Assembly: GCA_030141605.1 (NCBI GenBank)
Contig: JAQGDQ010002394.1
Coordinates: 57,801 to 121,800 of the forward strand
Direction: 5' to 3'
From: Tubiluchus corallicola
Lineage: Eukaryota > Animalia > Priapulida
Length of the DNA: 64,000 bases
Position 1 is the stretch's first letter. The number at the start of each line of letters is the position of its first letter. A program made the translations under genes and the position numbers. Shown here in pieces: positions 29,131-39,680 of the stretch. The notes below the pieces were generated by a model. It ran no database searches, was not told the origin of the DNA, and was given only the letters and a program-made list of their open reading frames with translations.

Positions 29131-30147
29131 ATGGCTGAAAAGAAAAAAATAAAGATAGGAATAACTCACGGAGATATAAATGGCATAGGCTATGAAGTTA
29201 TTTTAAAAACATTTCAAAGTAAAGAAATGTTAAACTTGTGCTTACCTATTATATATGGCTCCTCTAAGATAGCAGCTTATTATAAAAAAATATTGGACCT
29301 GCCCTCTGTTACATTTAATAAAACGGGAACTCCAGATAGAGTATATGATAAACAAGTCAACATTATAGATTGTGTAAATGAAACAGTATCTGTGGATATA
29401 GGCAATCCAACCGTAGTCTCCGGAAAAGCGGCTTATCAGTCCTTGGAAAGAGCAACCAAAGACTTGTTGTACAACAAGATAGATGCTATAGTTACAGCAC
29501 CTATAGGTAAAGGGAACATACAGTCTGACAAATTTAATTTTACAGGGCATACAGAATATTTTCAAAGCAAGGCAAAAATTTCAAATTCATTAATGTTAAT
29601 GGTTGGTGAAAACATTAAAATAGCTACATTAACTAATCATATACCTCTGAATCAAGTTCACAAAATGATAACCAAGGAGAATATTTTAAATAAATTATTT
29701 GTTTTGAATAAAGCACTTATAGAGGATTTCTCTATCAATAAACCTAAGATAGCTTTGCTTAGTTTCAACCCTCATTCAGGAGATAATGGACTGATAGGTA
29801 AAGAAGAAAAAGAAATTATAACCCCTGCTATACAAGAAGCGAATAACAAAAAATTATTGGCTTTTGGCCCCTACTCCGCAGATGGTTTTTTTGGGGCTGA
29901 TAATTATAAAAAATTTGACGCTATATTGGCAATGTATCACGACCAGGGACTTATTCCATTTAAAGTTCTTTCAGAGGGGGGAGGTGTGAATTATACAGCG
30001 GGTTTGCCTTTTGTAAGAACATCGCCTGCACATGGTACAGGTTATGATATAGCAGGGAAAAACAAAGCAACCCCTACATCGTTTAGAAATGCAATATATA
30101 CTGCAATTGAAGTATATAAAAGTAGGATAACATATGATAGTTTCTAG
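29131..30147 (+). CDS. pdxA: 4-hydroxythreonine-4-phosphate dehydrogenase
   Basis: GD.NGIG.EV, VTAPI, GHTE, NPHSG, AMYHDQGLIPFK, RTSPAHGT. Confidence 0.95.
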   Translation: MAEKKKIKIGITHGDINGIGYEVILKTFQSKEMLNLCLPIIYGSSKIAAYYKKILDLPSVTFNKTGTPDRVYDKQVNIIDCVNETVSVDIGNPTVVSGKAAYQSLERATKDLLYNKIDAIVTAPIGKGNIQSDKFNFTGHTEYFQSKAKISNSLMLMVGENIKIATLTNHIPLNQVHKMITKENILNKLFVLNKALIEDFSINKPKIALLSFNPHSGDNGLIGKEEKEIITPAIQEANNKKLLAFGPYSADGFFGADNYKKFDAILAMYHDQGLIPFKVLSEGGGVNYTAGLPFVRTSPAHGTGYDIAGKNKATPTSFRNAIYTAIEVYKSRITYDSF

Positions 30148-30181
30148 AATGAAAGGTTTTATAGAGAGAAGTGAATAAGTA

Positions 30182-30869
30182 ATGATGAGCGACTATAAGT
30201 TTTGTATTATTTAAGCATTGTTCTATTTGATGAAACGTCAGCACAGATAACATGGGCGGATATAAATCTCAGTTATGAAATTACGGATAAATTAGGAGCA
30301 TATAGGAATACGTTCTCATTATGGGGGTTCTTTACAAGGTTTTTCAGTTCGCCCCATTTTTGCCTGTAAACCGTTAAAAAATTTAGGTTTAATTGGAAGA
30401 CTTGGAGTTTTCTATCATTTTGCTAGAAACAAAAACATAGAGATAAGACCTTTTTGCAGGAGCGAAGTTTATATGCTCTCTTCTTTCTTTTATATTGTCT
30501 TCACATCTTTTTCGTTTAGAACAACGATGGCAAAACATAGTGTTTAGTTCTCTTGATTCTTACAAATTGCAAAGAATACGCTACAAATACAATTTATTGC
30601 TCCATCCTTTTGAAGATAAAGATACCTATATCACTGCTGGATGCGAAATTTTATTAACAAGCAAGGATTATATTAAAATGGACAAAATTTCGGTTTCTGA
30701 ACGTGGGCTTGAAATAGGTTATAATATTTCTTTTTTATATAAAGAGCGTAGGCATAATTTGCTTATCTTAGGGATAATGTTTTTGAACCCTTTTCCACAA
30801 AACACTGACTATGCTATCAGGCTGTCTTATAAATTTGACTGGGAGAAGAAAAACAACCAACAGCAATGA
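30182..30869 (+). pseudogene. Degraded DUF2490-family outer-membrane beta-barrel gene (about three frameshifts)
   Basis: Successive frames give MMSDYKFCII / LSIVLFDETSAQITWADINLSYEITDKLG / IGIRS...SVRP...GVFY...EIRPF / GAKF...HLFRLEQRW...RIRYK, the typical DUF2490 motif order. Confidence 0.7.
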
Positions 30870-31069
30870 TAAGGGTTGTTAATGCTTTTTTTGTCTAACT
30901 TCCATGTTTTAAAACAAAGCTATTCCTCAGTAGAGATAGAATAACTCTGTTTTTAAGAACAAATATTGCAATGAACTTATCTTGGTGCTACTGTATATAT
31001 GTTAGTTTGTAAGAATTAATGCAGCAAACCAATGTAGTATAAAATTGTATATGATTGGCTTGTATACTT

Positions 31070-32329
31070 TTAGTTGTCAATTTTTAATTTTATGCTTTCA
31101 ATTCGAATATTAGAAACTTTTAATATTTGAAATTTTATATCTGAAATTTCAATCACTTCATTCAATTTTGGAATGCTTTTATAATGGTGAATAATATAAC
31201 CAGCAATGGTTTCGTACTCATCTGAACGAGGAATATTAAATTTGTATTTCTCATTTAAATAGTCGATTTCAAGCCTTCCAGAGAATATATATTCTTTATC
31301 ATTCAACATTTTTTCTTCAAGGTCTAAAGTGTCGTGTTCGTCTTTTATATCTCCAATTATTTCTTCAATAATGTCTTCAATAGTAACGATACCAGAAGTG
31401 CCGCCAAACTCATCTACTACAAGTGCAATGCTATTTTTATTTTTTATAAATTGGCTCAATAATTTATTCGCAGCCATTGTTTCTGTAACAATGTCAATTT
31501 GTTGTATTTGGGGTTTGATATTTTTAGGAGTGTTAAACAGTTTAATAGAGTCTACATAGCCAATAATGTTATCGATAGACTCTTTGTAAATTAGAATTTT
31601 TGAAAATCCTGTTTCAATAAATTTTTGTCTTAGATTTTCTATACTTTCTCCTTCTTCCAAAGCAACTACTTCTGGGCGAGGCACCACGCATTCTCGCACT
31701 TTTATTTTACTAAATTGTAAGGCTTTTTTAAAAATATTTACATCATATTGTTTCTCACATTCTTCTTTGTGTATTATCTTTTCTTCTTCGTTGATAAAAT
31801 TACTTAAATCTACTTTACTAAAATCGTTGTCCGTTTTTTCTTTATATTTTGCATTTAGAAAGAGTTTTAATATGAAACTGCTCAACTTGGTAGAAAGAAC
31901 AGAGATGGGGTAAAGTAAAACGTAAAAAAAAGAAATAGGTAATGCAAAAACTTTTAACAATAGATTAGGGTTGAGCCTAAAGAATACTTTAGGTAAAAAT
32001 TCTGCAAATATTAAAATAACAATAGTAGAGATTACTGTTTGATAAAAGAGTACCCAGTAGGTGGAAGTAGCAAAAGATTCAATAAACGGGACTAAAACCA
32101 CAGCCATTAAGATACCATAAACAACCAGTGCAATATTATTACCAATCAATATAGTAGTAATAAACTGGCTTGGCTTATTGGTAAAAACATTCAAAATATA
32201 TGACAGGATACCTTTGTTTTGCTTGTCTATTTCTACTTTTAGTTTATTAGACGAAACGAAGGCTATTTCCATACCAGAAAATAAAGCAGAAAGCCCAATC
32301 ATTAATATTACTAAAAGCAAGGTAGTCAT
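31070..32329 (-). CDS. HlyC/CorC (CNNM + CBS) family membrane protein, probable Mg/Co transport or homeostasis
   Basis: SALFSGMEIAF, ILIGNN, EFLPK, paired CBS (ALVVDEFGGTSGIVTIED), CorC C-terminal domain. Confidence 0.9.
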   Translation of the reverse strand: MTTLLLVILMIGLSALFSGMEIAFVSSNKLKVEIDKQNKGILSYILNVFTNKPSQFITTILIGNNIALVVYGILMAVVLVPFIESFATSTYWVLFYQTVISTIVILIFAEFLPKVFFRLNPNLLLKVFALPISFFYVLLYPISVLSTKLSSFILKLFLNAKYKEKTDNDFSKVDLSNFINEEEKIIHKEECEKQYDVNIFKKALQFSKIKVRECVVPRPEVVALEEGESIENLRQKFIETGFSKILIYKESIDNIIGYVDSIKLFNTPKNIKPQIQQIDIVTETMAANKLLSQFIKNKNSIALVVDEFGGTSGIVTIEDIIEEIIGDIKDEHDTLDLEEKMLNDKEYIFSGRLEIDYLNEKYKFNIPRSDEYETIAGYIIHHYKSIPKLNEVIEISDIKFQILKVSNIRIESIKLKIDN

Positions 32330-32370
32330 TTTAATCAGAATAAGTTTTAACCCCTGTTTTGTTTTATTAG

Positions 32371-32410
32371 AAAAAGGAAAGTAATACTTGCATTTGCATT
32401 ACCTCCCTTT
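32371..32410 (-). terminator. Terminator after atpA
   Basis: Minus-strand AAAGGGAGGUAAUGC pairs fully with GUAUUACUUUCCUUU using three G-U wobbles, so it is strand-specific; it ends in a U run. Confidence 0.7.
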
Positions 32411-32501
32411 GTATTATTTTTTTGTAAAGACTTTAATTTTTAATTAATCAACTTCTTTTTTTTATATAAATAACGATTTTCGTTATTCATAAGAATATGG
32501 A

Positions 32502-34097
32502 TTATTGTTTTTGCTGCTCCACTATATATTTGGCACTCACCTCTTTTACTACTTTTTCTATCTTATTCGTGATTCTATCATCTAGTTTGCCCTCTTTTAG
32601 TTCAGCAAGTAGTTCAGAGTGTTCTCGTTCCAAAGTATCCAAAAAGTCTTCTTCAAACTCTTTTACTTTACTAACAGGTATTTCGTTCAATAGTCCTTGG
32701 GTTCCACAGTAGATGATAGCTGTTTGTTTCTCTACCGTTACGGGAGAATACTGTGGCTGTTTCAAAATCTCTACATTTTTGGCTCCTTTATCTAAAATAG
32801 CCATAGTGGCTGCGTCTAAATCTGACCCAAATTTAGCAAACGCCTCCAACTCTCTATATTGGGCTTGGTCAAGTTTAAGTGTCCCTGCTACTTTTTTCAT
32901 CGATTTTATTTGTGCACTTCCACCTACACGCGATACTGATATTCCTACGTTGATAGCAGGACGAATACCCGCATTAAACAGGTTATTCTCTAAAAATATC
33001 TGCCCATCAGTAATAGAAATCACATTGGTAGGGATATAGGCCGAAACATCGCCTGCCTGCGTTTCTATAATGGGTAAAGCCGTAAGCGAGCCACCACCTT
33101 TTACTTCTTTTTTAAGAGAAGGAGGTAAGTCGTTCATATTTTTTGCCACTTCGTCTGATTCAATTACCTTGGCAGCACGTTCCAACAATCTGGAATGTAA
33201 ATAGAATATATCACCTGGATATGCCTCACGCCCTGGAGGTCTTTTCAATAGTAGTGAAACCTCGCGATAGGATACAGCTTGTTTAGATAAGTCATCATAA
33301 ATAATAAGAGCGTGTTTGCCCGTATCTCTAAAAAACTCACCAATGGCAGTTCCTGCAAAAGGAGCATAGTATTGAAGTGCTGCCGACTCGGAAGCAGTAG
33401 CCGAAACAATCACTGTATAGTCCATTGCTCCGTGCTTCTTTAATGTTTCTGCTATGTTTGCCACAGTAGAACCCTTTTGCCCTACTGCTACATAGATGCA
33501 ATAAACAGGCTCGCCTCTATCGTAAAACTCTTTTTGGTTGATGATAGTATCAATAGCAATAGCGGTTTTTCCCGTTTGCCTATCGCCTATTATTAATTCG
33601 CGTTGTCCTCTTCCAATGGGTATCATAGCGTCAATAGCTTTAATCCCTGTTTGCAATGGCTTTTTTACAGGCTGACGGTAGATTACACCGGGGGCTTTAC
33701 GCTCAAAAGGCATTTCATACAATTTTCCCTCTATTGCTCCTAAATTGTCAATAGGCTCTCCAATGGTGTTAATAATCCTTCCTAGCAAACCCTCTCCTAC
33801 ATTGATGGAGGAGATTTTATTCAGCCGTTTTACTACATCACCTTCATTGATGGTTCTGCACTCTCCTAAGATAACCACTCCTACATTGTCTTCTTCAAGG
33901 TTGAGGACTATGCCTTTTATTCCATTGCTAAATTCTACCAGTTCGTTAGATGCTACTTCTGACAATCCATATACTCGGGCTATACCATCGCCCACTTGCA
34001 GCACAGTGCCTACTTCTTCTAGTTTGAGGCTACTATCTATGCCAGTTAGCTCTTGCTTTAATACTTTTGATATTTCAGAGGGTTTAATACTACTCAT
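32502..34097 (-). CDS. atpA: F1 ATP synthase subunit alpha
   Basis: [43 protein letters not shown]. Confidence 0.98.
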   Translation of the reverse strand: MSSIKPSEISKVLKQELTGIDSSLKLEEVGTVLQVGDGIARVYGLSEVASNELVEFSNGIKGIVLNLEEDNVGVVILGECRTINEGDVVKRLNKISSINVGEGLLGRIINTIGEPIDNLGAIEGKLYEMPFERKAPGVIYRQPVKKPLQTGIKAIDAMIPIGRGQRELIIGDRQTGKTAIAIDTIINQKEFYDRGEPVYCIYVAVGQKGSTVANIAETLKKHGAMDYTVIVSATASESAALQYYAPFAGTAIGEFFRDTGKHALIIYDDLSKQAVSYREVSLLLKRPPGREAYPGDIFYLHSRLLERAAKVIESDEVAKNMNDLPPSLKKEVKGGGSLTALPIIETQAGDVSAYIPTNVISITDGQIFLENNLFNAGIRPAINVGISVSRVGGSAQIKSMKKVAGTLKLDQAQYRELEAFAKFGSDLDAATMAILDKGAKNVEILKQPQYSPVTVEKQTAIIYCGTQGLLNEIPVSKVKEFEEDFLDTLEREHSELLAELKEGKLDDRITNKIEKVVKEVSAKYIVEQQKQ

Positions 34098-34120
34098 ACT
34101 GTTTAAGATTAAAAATATTA

Positions 34121-34666
34121 TTATACAGTTTTATTAATAAACTGTTGTTTTATTGTTTTCAATTGAGTTGTTACACTGCCATCTATCTGCTTGTCATCTA
34201 TATTTAAAATGAAACCGCCTAATATTTCGGGCTGAACACTTTCTATAAGCTCAATTTCTGAATTCAACTTTTCTTTGATGATTGCTCCTATTTTTCTTTT
34301 TACAGTAGGATCTATTGTAGACGCAGTTACAAGGCTCACTTTTTTAATACCTTGCTTAGAATAATAAAAGGAGATAACATCTCTAAACATAGAGGTTAAA
34401 AATAATTCTCGTTTTTTGTCAAATACAAGATTAAGAAAATTGTAAGTAAGGTTATCCCAGTTTTTACCAAAGACTTTTTTAAATAATAATTTTTTATCCT
34501 CTGTTTTTACAGTCGGATTACTTAAAAAGGCAAAAAACTTTTTTTCAGAAACCAACAAAGACAATATTAATTCTGCATCTGTTTTTACTTTTTCTAAAAC
34601 CTTTTTTTCCAATGCCAGCTCAAACAAAGCCTTGGCGTATCGTACTGTTATTTTGCTATTTTCCAT
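34121..34666 (-). CDS. atpH: F1 ATP synthase subunit delta
   Basis: RYAKALF N-terminus, ILGGF...D..IDGSV C-terminus; own TATATTTG element at 34721-34728. Confidence 0.95.
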   Translation of the reverse strand: MENSKITVRYAKALFELALEKKVLEKVKTDAELILSLLVSEKKFFAFLSNPTVKTEDKKLLFKKVFGKNWDNLTYNFLNLVFDKKRELFLTSMFRDVISFYYSKQGIKKVSLVTASTIDPTVKRKIGAIIKEKLNSEIELIESVQPEILGGFILNIDDKQIDGSVTTQLKTIKQQFINKTV

Positions 34667-34793
34667 ATGGTTTTAAAACTTATATTTTATGTTGTTTTTG
34701 TCAGCTTATAATAATCATCACAAATATATAGCTTGTTTGGTTATGTGCGAAGATAATATTTTTGCCCAAACGAGTATATAGTTACTTTAATTT

Positions 34794-36170
34794 TTATCTT
34801 TTTATATCGTCCATTATCATTTGAGCCAACTTATTAGCTCCCTCTTTGCTTTTACTTTCGGAATATATACGTATAATAGGTTCTGTGTTAGAAGCTCTAA
34901 TTAGCACCCATTCATTGTCATATTCTATTTTTATTCCATCGATGTCTATAATTTTTTGCGAGCTATATTTTTTTTTCAATGTAGCAAAAATACTTTTTAT
35001 ATCAGTGTTTTTAGAGAGAACTATTTTATTTTTAGAAATAAAATAATTAGGGTACTGATTACGTAGTTCTGAGCATTTTTTACCACTTTTTGCTAAGTGA
35101 GTGAGAAATAAAGCCACACCTACCAAAGCATCTCGCCCATTGTGTAATTCGGGATAAATAACTCCTCCATTGCCTTCACCTCCTATTACAGCTCCTACCT
35201 CTTTCATTTTCTCCACTACATTTACTTCGCCTACGGCAGAATATTGATATTTACCGCCATATTTTTTTGTAATATCGGCCAATGCTTTGGATGATGATAG
35301 GTTAGAAACTGTATTGCCAGTTTTTTGCTGCAACAAGTAGTCGGCAACTGCTACTAATGTATATTCTTCGCCAAAGGGTGTTCCATTTTCATTTACTATT
35401 GCTAGTCTATCTACATCAGGGTCTACTACGAAACCAACATCAGCTTTTTGTTCTTTTACTGTTTCGGTTATTTCTATTATGTTTTCAGGTAAAGGTTCGG
35501 GGTTATGAGGAAACTCTCCTGTTGGCTCGCAATACAACTTCACAACCTCTTTCACACCCAATTTTTTCAGCAATGGGGGCAAAGAAATGCCTCCCACTGA
35601 ATTTACACAATCTATTACAACTTTAAGGTTGGCTTTTTTGATGGCTTTAACATCTACTGCTTCTAATTTTATGATTTCTTCAATATGCTTGTCAGTAAAA
35701 GAGTCGTCTTTTGTTATCCTCCCAAGATTATCTACCTCTTCAAAATAAAAATCTTCTCTATTGGCAATAGCAAGCAGTTCTTTGCCATCTGCATCCGAAA
35801 GAAACTCTCCCTTGCTATTTAATAGTTTCAGAGCATTCCAGTTTCTGGGGTTATGACTGGCAGTAACGATAATACCTCCTAATGCTTTTTCAAGTATTAC
35901 AGCCATTTCTACGGTAGGGGTAGTAGCAAGGTCTATATCTATTACATCTAGTCCTACGCTAACGAGTGTGTTGCACACGAGGTTTTTTACCATATTGCCT
36001 GATATGCGTGCATCTCTTCCTACTACGATTGTTTTGTTGTTGAGGGTATTTTTCTTTGCCCACAATCCATAGGCAGCAGTTAGTTTTACTACATCTATAG
36101 GGGTGAGACATTCTCCAACCCTTCCTCCTATTGTTCCCCTAATACCAGAAATGGATTTTATTAAAGGCAT
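34794..36170 (-). CDS. glmM: Phosphoglucosamine mutase
   Basis: SISGIRG, TASHNP phosphoserine motif, DPDVDR metal loop, GGEGNGG. Start set at MPLIKS (36170). Confidence 0.9.
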   Translation of the reverse strand: MPLIKSISGIRGTIGGRVGECLTPIDVVKLTAAYGLWAKKNTLNNKTIVVGRDARISGNMVKNLVCNTLVSVGLDVIDIDLATTPTVEMAVILEKALGGIIVTASHNPRNWNALKLLNSKGEFLSDADGKELLAIANREDFYFEEVDNLGRITKDDSFTDKHIEEIIKLEAVDVKAIKKANLKVVIDCVNSVGGISLPPLLKKLGVKEVVKLYCEPTGEFPHNPEPLPENIIEITETVKEQKADVGFVVDPDVDRLAIVNENGTPFGEEYTLVAVADYLLQQKTGNTVSNLSSSKALADITKKYGGKYQYSAVGEVNVVEKMKEVGAVIGGEGNGGVIYPELHNGRDALVGVALFLTHLAKSGKKCSELRNQYPNYFISKNKIVLSKNTDIKSIFATLKKKYSSQKIIDIDGIKIEYDNEWVLIRASNTEPIIRIYSESKSKEGANKLAQMIMDDIKR

Positions 36171-36180
36171 AAAATATGTA

Positions 36181-37059
36181 TTAAGCATTAAGAGCCTCTG
36201 CTCCTCCTACTATTTCAAGAATTTCGTTAGTAATAGAGGCTTGTCGTATCTTATTGTACTGTAATGTTAATTCTTTTCCTAGTTCTGTGGCGTTATCTGT
36301 GGCTTTGTGCATAGCGGTCATCCTTGCTCCTTGTTCCGATGCGTTGGAATCTAATATAACCTTGTACAACTGTGTTTTTAAGGTTTTGGGAATTATTTCT
36401 TTAAGGAGTTTTACCTTATCGGGTTCAAAAATATAGTCTAACTCTTTGCTTTCTTCTTTTTTATTTATTTTTAAAGGTAAATATTGTTCTTCTACTAAGA
36501 TTTGTGTGGCAGCATTTTTAAACTGGTTGTAAACAATGCTTATAAGGTCATATTTTCCTTTGATAAAACTATTAATAAGTTCTTCTGCTATTTCTGATAC
36601 CGCTTCATAGTTAAGGTGGTCATATATATCATTGTAATTTTTAATGATGTTATAGTTGTTGTTTTTTAAGAATTTTGTGGCATTTTTTCCTATAGCTATA
36701 AAATCTATATTCCCACTTTCTTGTAGGTCTTTGTAGGTATTACTTTCAATTATTTCGCCTACTTTTTTATTTACATTGGAGTTGAAGCTACCACACAAGC
36801 CTCTGTTAGCATTCACCGCTATTATCAATGCTCGCTTTACTTTTCGTTGTTCTGTAACGTTGAGGTTAGGTATGCTTGTTACTTGCGAACTGATATTTTC
36901 TGCTATTTCGTTTAGCTTTTCGGAATATGGCCTTAATTGTAAAATAGCATCTTGAGCTCTACGTAATTTAGAGGCTGACACCATTTTCATAGCACTCGTA
37001 ACTTGCTTAGTTGTAGCTACTGAATCTATTCGTGTTCTTATTTCTTTTAAATTTGCCAT
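36181..37059 (-). CDS. atpG: F1 ATP synthase subunit gamma
   Basis: MANLKEIR.RI.SV...Q.T.AMKMVS, RGLCG.FN, SE.GARM.AM..ATDNA, RQ.SITNEILE; TATATTTG promoter at 37082-37089. Confidence 0.97.
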   Translation of the reverse strand: MANLKEIRTRIDSVATTKQVTSAMKMVSASKLRRAQDAILQLRPYSEKLNEIAENISSQVTSIPNLNVTEQRKVKRALIIAVNANRGLCGSFNSNVNKKVGEIIESNTYKDLQESGNIDFIAIGKNATKFLKNNNYNIIKNYNDIYDHLNYEAVSEIAEELINSFIKGKYDLISIVYNQFKNAATQILVEEQYLPLKINKKEESKELDYIFEPDKVKLLKEIIPKTLKTQLYKVILDSNASEQGARMTAMHKATDNATELGKELTLQYNKIRQASITNEILEIVGGAEALNA

Positions 37060-37137
37060 TTATTTCGATTATAGATAGGTGCAAATATAAATTTTTTATT
37101 ATACTTTAACAAGATTTATTGTTTGAGTTTGTGACAA

Positions 37138-38325
37138 ATGGCAAAAAACAAGGTAGTTATAGGACTTTCGGGAGGTGTTGATTCCAGCGTAGCTGCTTAT
37201 CTTTTGAAAAAAGAAGGATATGAAGTAATAGCTCTCTTTATGAAAAATTGGCACGATAAAACAGGTGTATTAAAGTCGGATTGCCCTTGGTTGGACGATA
37301 AATTTGATGCAATGGCGGTTGCTAAAAGTTTAGATATTCCTTTTGAATTTGTAGACCTAAGCGAAGAATATAGAAAAAAAGTTGTAGATTATATGTTTGC
37401 AGAGTATCAGAAAGGAAGAACACCTAATCCGGATGTGCTTTGCAATAGAGAGATAAAGTTTGATGCTTTTTTAGAATATGCTATACGGCTTGGGGCTGAC
37501 TATGTGGCTACTGGGCATTATTGCCGTGTGAAAAAAGAAAAAGAAAATTATAAACTATTAGCGGGGGTAGATAAGACTAAAGACCAAAGTTACTTCCTCT
37601 GCCAATTGAACCAAGAACAATTGAGCAAAGTTATTTTTCCTATTGGTGAGATAACTAAAAAGAAAGTGCGAGAGATAGCACAAAAACTTAATTTTATCAC
37701 AGCGAATAAGAGAGATTCGCAAGGGATTTGCTTTGTGGGTAAAGTAAATTTACCTGTGTTTTTGCAGCAAAAGTTAGAGGCAAAACAAGGAAGTATTATA
37801 GAAATATCAAGTGATTTTTATTCCTCTCTCCCGCCTGAAGGAATTAAGGAACATTATACTAAAAGTGAGTTGAAAAATCTTGTAAAACCTTATCAATATA
37901 GCAGTAAAGATGGGGAAAAAGTAGGGATGCACAGTGGTGCGCATTTTTATACCATAGGGCAGCGTAAGGGATTGAATGTGGGAGGTACGTCCGAGCCTTT
38001 ATTTGTCATAAACACTGATGTAGCACAAAATATTATTTATGTGGGGCAGGGTAAAACTCATCAGGGCTTGTTCCGTAAGGGTTTGTTTATTTGTCAAAAA
38101 GAAGTGCATTGGCTCAACCTCAAGGATAAGGTAAGAGAGGGACAGGCAAGGGATTACCTTGTGAGGATACGCTATCGGCAACAGTTGCAAAAAGCAAGGC
38201 TGTTTTTTGAGGAAGAAGGAATATATGTTATCTTTGACCAGTTGCAACGAGGCGTTACTGCTGGGCAGTTTGCTGTGTGGTATGAAAAAGAATGGCTGGC
38301 AGGGTCAGGAGTGATAGAGGGTTGA
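37138..38325 (+). CDS. mnmA: tRNA 2-thiouridylase
   Basis: SGGVDSS, GRTPNPDVLCN, ATGHY, KDQSYFL, DSQGICF, YTIGQRKGL. Confidence 0.97.
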   Translation: MAKNKVVIGLSGGVDSSVAAYLLKKEGYEVIALFMKNWHDKTGVLKSDCPWLDDKFDAMAVAKSLDIPFEFVDLSEEYRKKVVDYMFAEYQKGRTPNPDVLCNREIKFDAFLEYAIRLGADYVATGHYCRVKKEKENYKLLAGVDKTKDQSYFLCQLNQEQLSKVIFPIGEITKKKVREIAQKLNFITANKRDSQGICFVGKVNLPVFLQQKLEAKQGSIIEISSDFYSSLPPEGIKEHYTKSELKNLVKPYQYSSKDGEKVGMHSGAHFYTIGQRKGLNVGGTSEPLFVINTDVAQNIIYVGQGKTHQGLFRKGLFICQKEVHWLNLKDKVREGQARDYLVRIRYRQQLQKARLFFEEEGIYVIFDQLQRGVTAGQFAVWYEKEWLAGSGVIEG

Positions 38326-38472
38326 GCAAAGTATTGTTAAAAGCAAGAAAACAGGGTGCTTAAATATGTGGTTATCTATTAAGGCGATAATTGAATTTAG
38401 TTTACTAAGTGGGAGTAATATTTATTTTTAGTTTTCGTTTATTATGTGTTATGTTTAATGTTTTGTGATAGG

Positions 38473-39063
38473 ATGAGTTTTGTTGGTGTTTTTTCTACTT
38501 TTGTGGTACTATTTGCAGTGATTGATATTATTGGGACTATTCCTATTTTAGTAGATTTGGAGAGTAGACGTAAAGGGGGAATTGAGCCATTGAAGACAAG
38601 TATGATAAGTTTGTTGATTTTGGTGGTGTATTTGTTTTTGGGTGAAAAGATTTTAAGTTTATTTGGTGTTACTGTTTATCATTTTGCAATTGCGGGTTCA
38701 TTTGTCCTTTTCTTTTTTGCTGTTGAGATGATCTTAGGAGTGAGGTTGTTCAATTATGGTGAAGGTGCGAAAGGAAATGGTTCTTTTGTTGTGCCTGTGG
38801 CCTTTCCACTGATTGCTGGAGCAGGTACTTTTACTATGCTGTTGTCGTTGAGAGCAAGTTATAGTATGGTAGATATTTTGGTGGCTTTGCTTTTGAATGT
38901 GATAGTGGTATTTTTGGTATTAAGATATGTGTCTTCTGTCAGGAAATGGCTGGGTGAGGTGGGTTTGAGTATTTCGCGTCAGGTTTTTGGTATTATTGTG
39001 CTAACAATGTCTATTAAGTTGTTTGTAGATAATTTAATGGTAGTAGTAGGGGGAGGTAAATAG
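38473..39063 (+). CDS. MarC family membrane protein
   Basis: LFAVIDIIG.IP, F.IAGS, VP.AFPLIAGAG motifs. Start uncertain (38446-38473). Confidence 0.88.
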   Translation: MSFVGVFSTFVVLFAVIDIIGTIPILVDLESRRKGGIEPLKTSMISLLILVVYLFLGEKILSLFGVTVYHFAIAGSFVLFFFAVEMILGVRLFNYGEGAKGNGSFVVPVAFPLIAGAGTFTMLLSLRASYSMVDILVALLLNVIVVFLVLRYVSSVRKWLGEVGLSISRQVFGIIVLTMSIKLFVDNLMVVVGGGK

Positions 39064-39098
39064 TGCTTGTTTCATTGGTTTGATTGAGTGTTTGTGTG

Positions 39099-39680
39099 CT
39101 ATTTTTTGTGTTTTTCTTTTTTCTTTTCTTTTAGGGTTTGGTTATATTCTTTTTCGGCTTTTTTATGAGTTTTTTGTATGGCTTTTGTGTTATTAGGAGT
39201 AGAATTATTTTGACTGTCTGTAGAGGTTTCATCTTTTTTTCTATATTTCTGCTGTTTTTTGAGGTTTAAATAATTATGGTAATCTTTAGCACCTTCTTTA
39301 TTAGTCTTTTGTATTCGTTTAGAGTTGCTGGGTTTGGGGTTGGTGTTTATTTGACTATGTGCAGGTGTTTCATCTTTTTTTCTATACTTTTGCTGTCTTT
39401 TAATGTTTAGATAGTTGTGGTAATTTTTAGAGGCTTTTTTATGAGTTTTTCGTATGGCTTTTGTATTGTTTTTGTACAATAAGTCTTCTATGCTATTAGG
39501 GTCTTCGGGAGTATCTTTTTGCTGTTGTTTTTCGGGAAATATTTTTGAATATAGTTTAACGAAGAAATTGGTTTTTTCATTTGTTGTTTCTTGGGTATAG
39601 GTATGTTGTTTAGAAGTAAAAATAAACAGTAGTATCGCAACAAGATATTTTATTTTCACTGTTTTTGTTTTTTTTGCCAA
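39099..39680 (-). CDS. Exported Lys-rich hypothetical protein with about 2.5 internal repeats of 45-48 aa
   Basis: Signal peptide ending YT-Q; repeat N.K.I.KT.K...K.YHNYLN.K.QQKYRKKDET; overlaps the glnS stop. Confidence 0.65.
   Translation of the reverse strand: MAKKTKTVKIKYLVAILLFIFTSKQHTYTQETTNEKTNFFVKLYSKIFPEKQQQKDTPEDPNSIEDLLYKNNTKAIRKTHKKASKNYHNYLNIKRQQKYRKKDETPAHSQINTNPKPSNSKRIQKTNKEGAKDYHNYLNLKKQQKYRKKDETSTDSQNNSTPNNTKAIQKTHKKAEKEYNQTLKEKKKEKHKK

Noticed and set aside
31070-32329. Hemolysin as a virulence factor
   Set aside because: CNNM/CBS/CorC architecture indicates a metal-homeostasis membrane protein; the family name is historical
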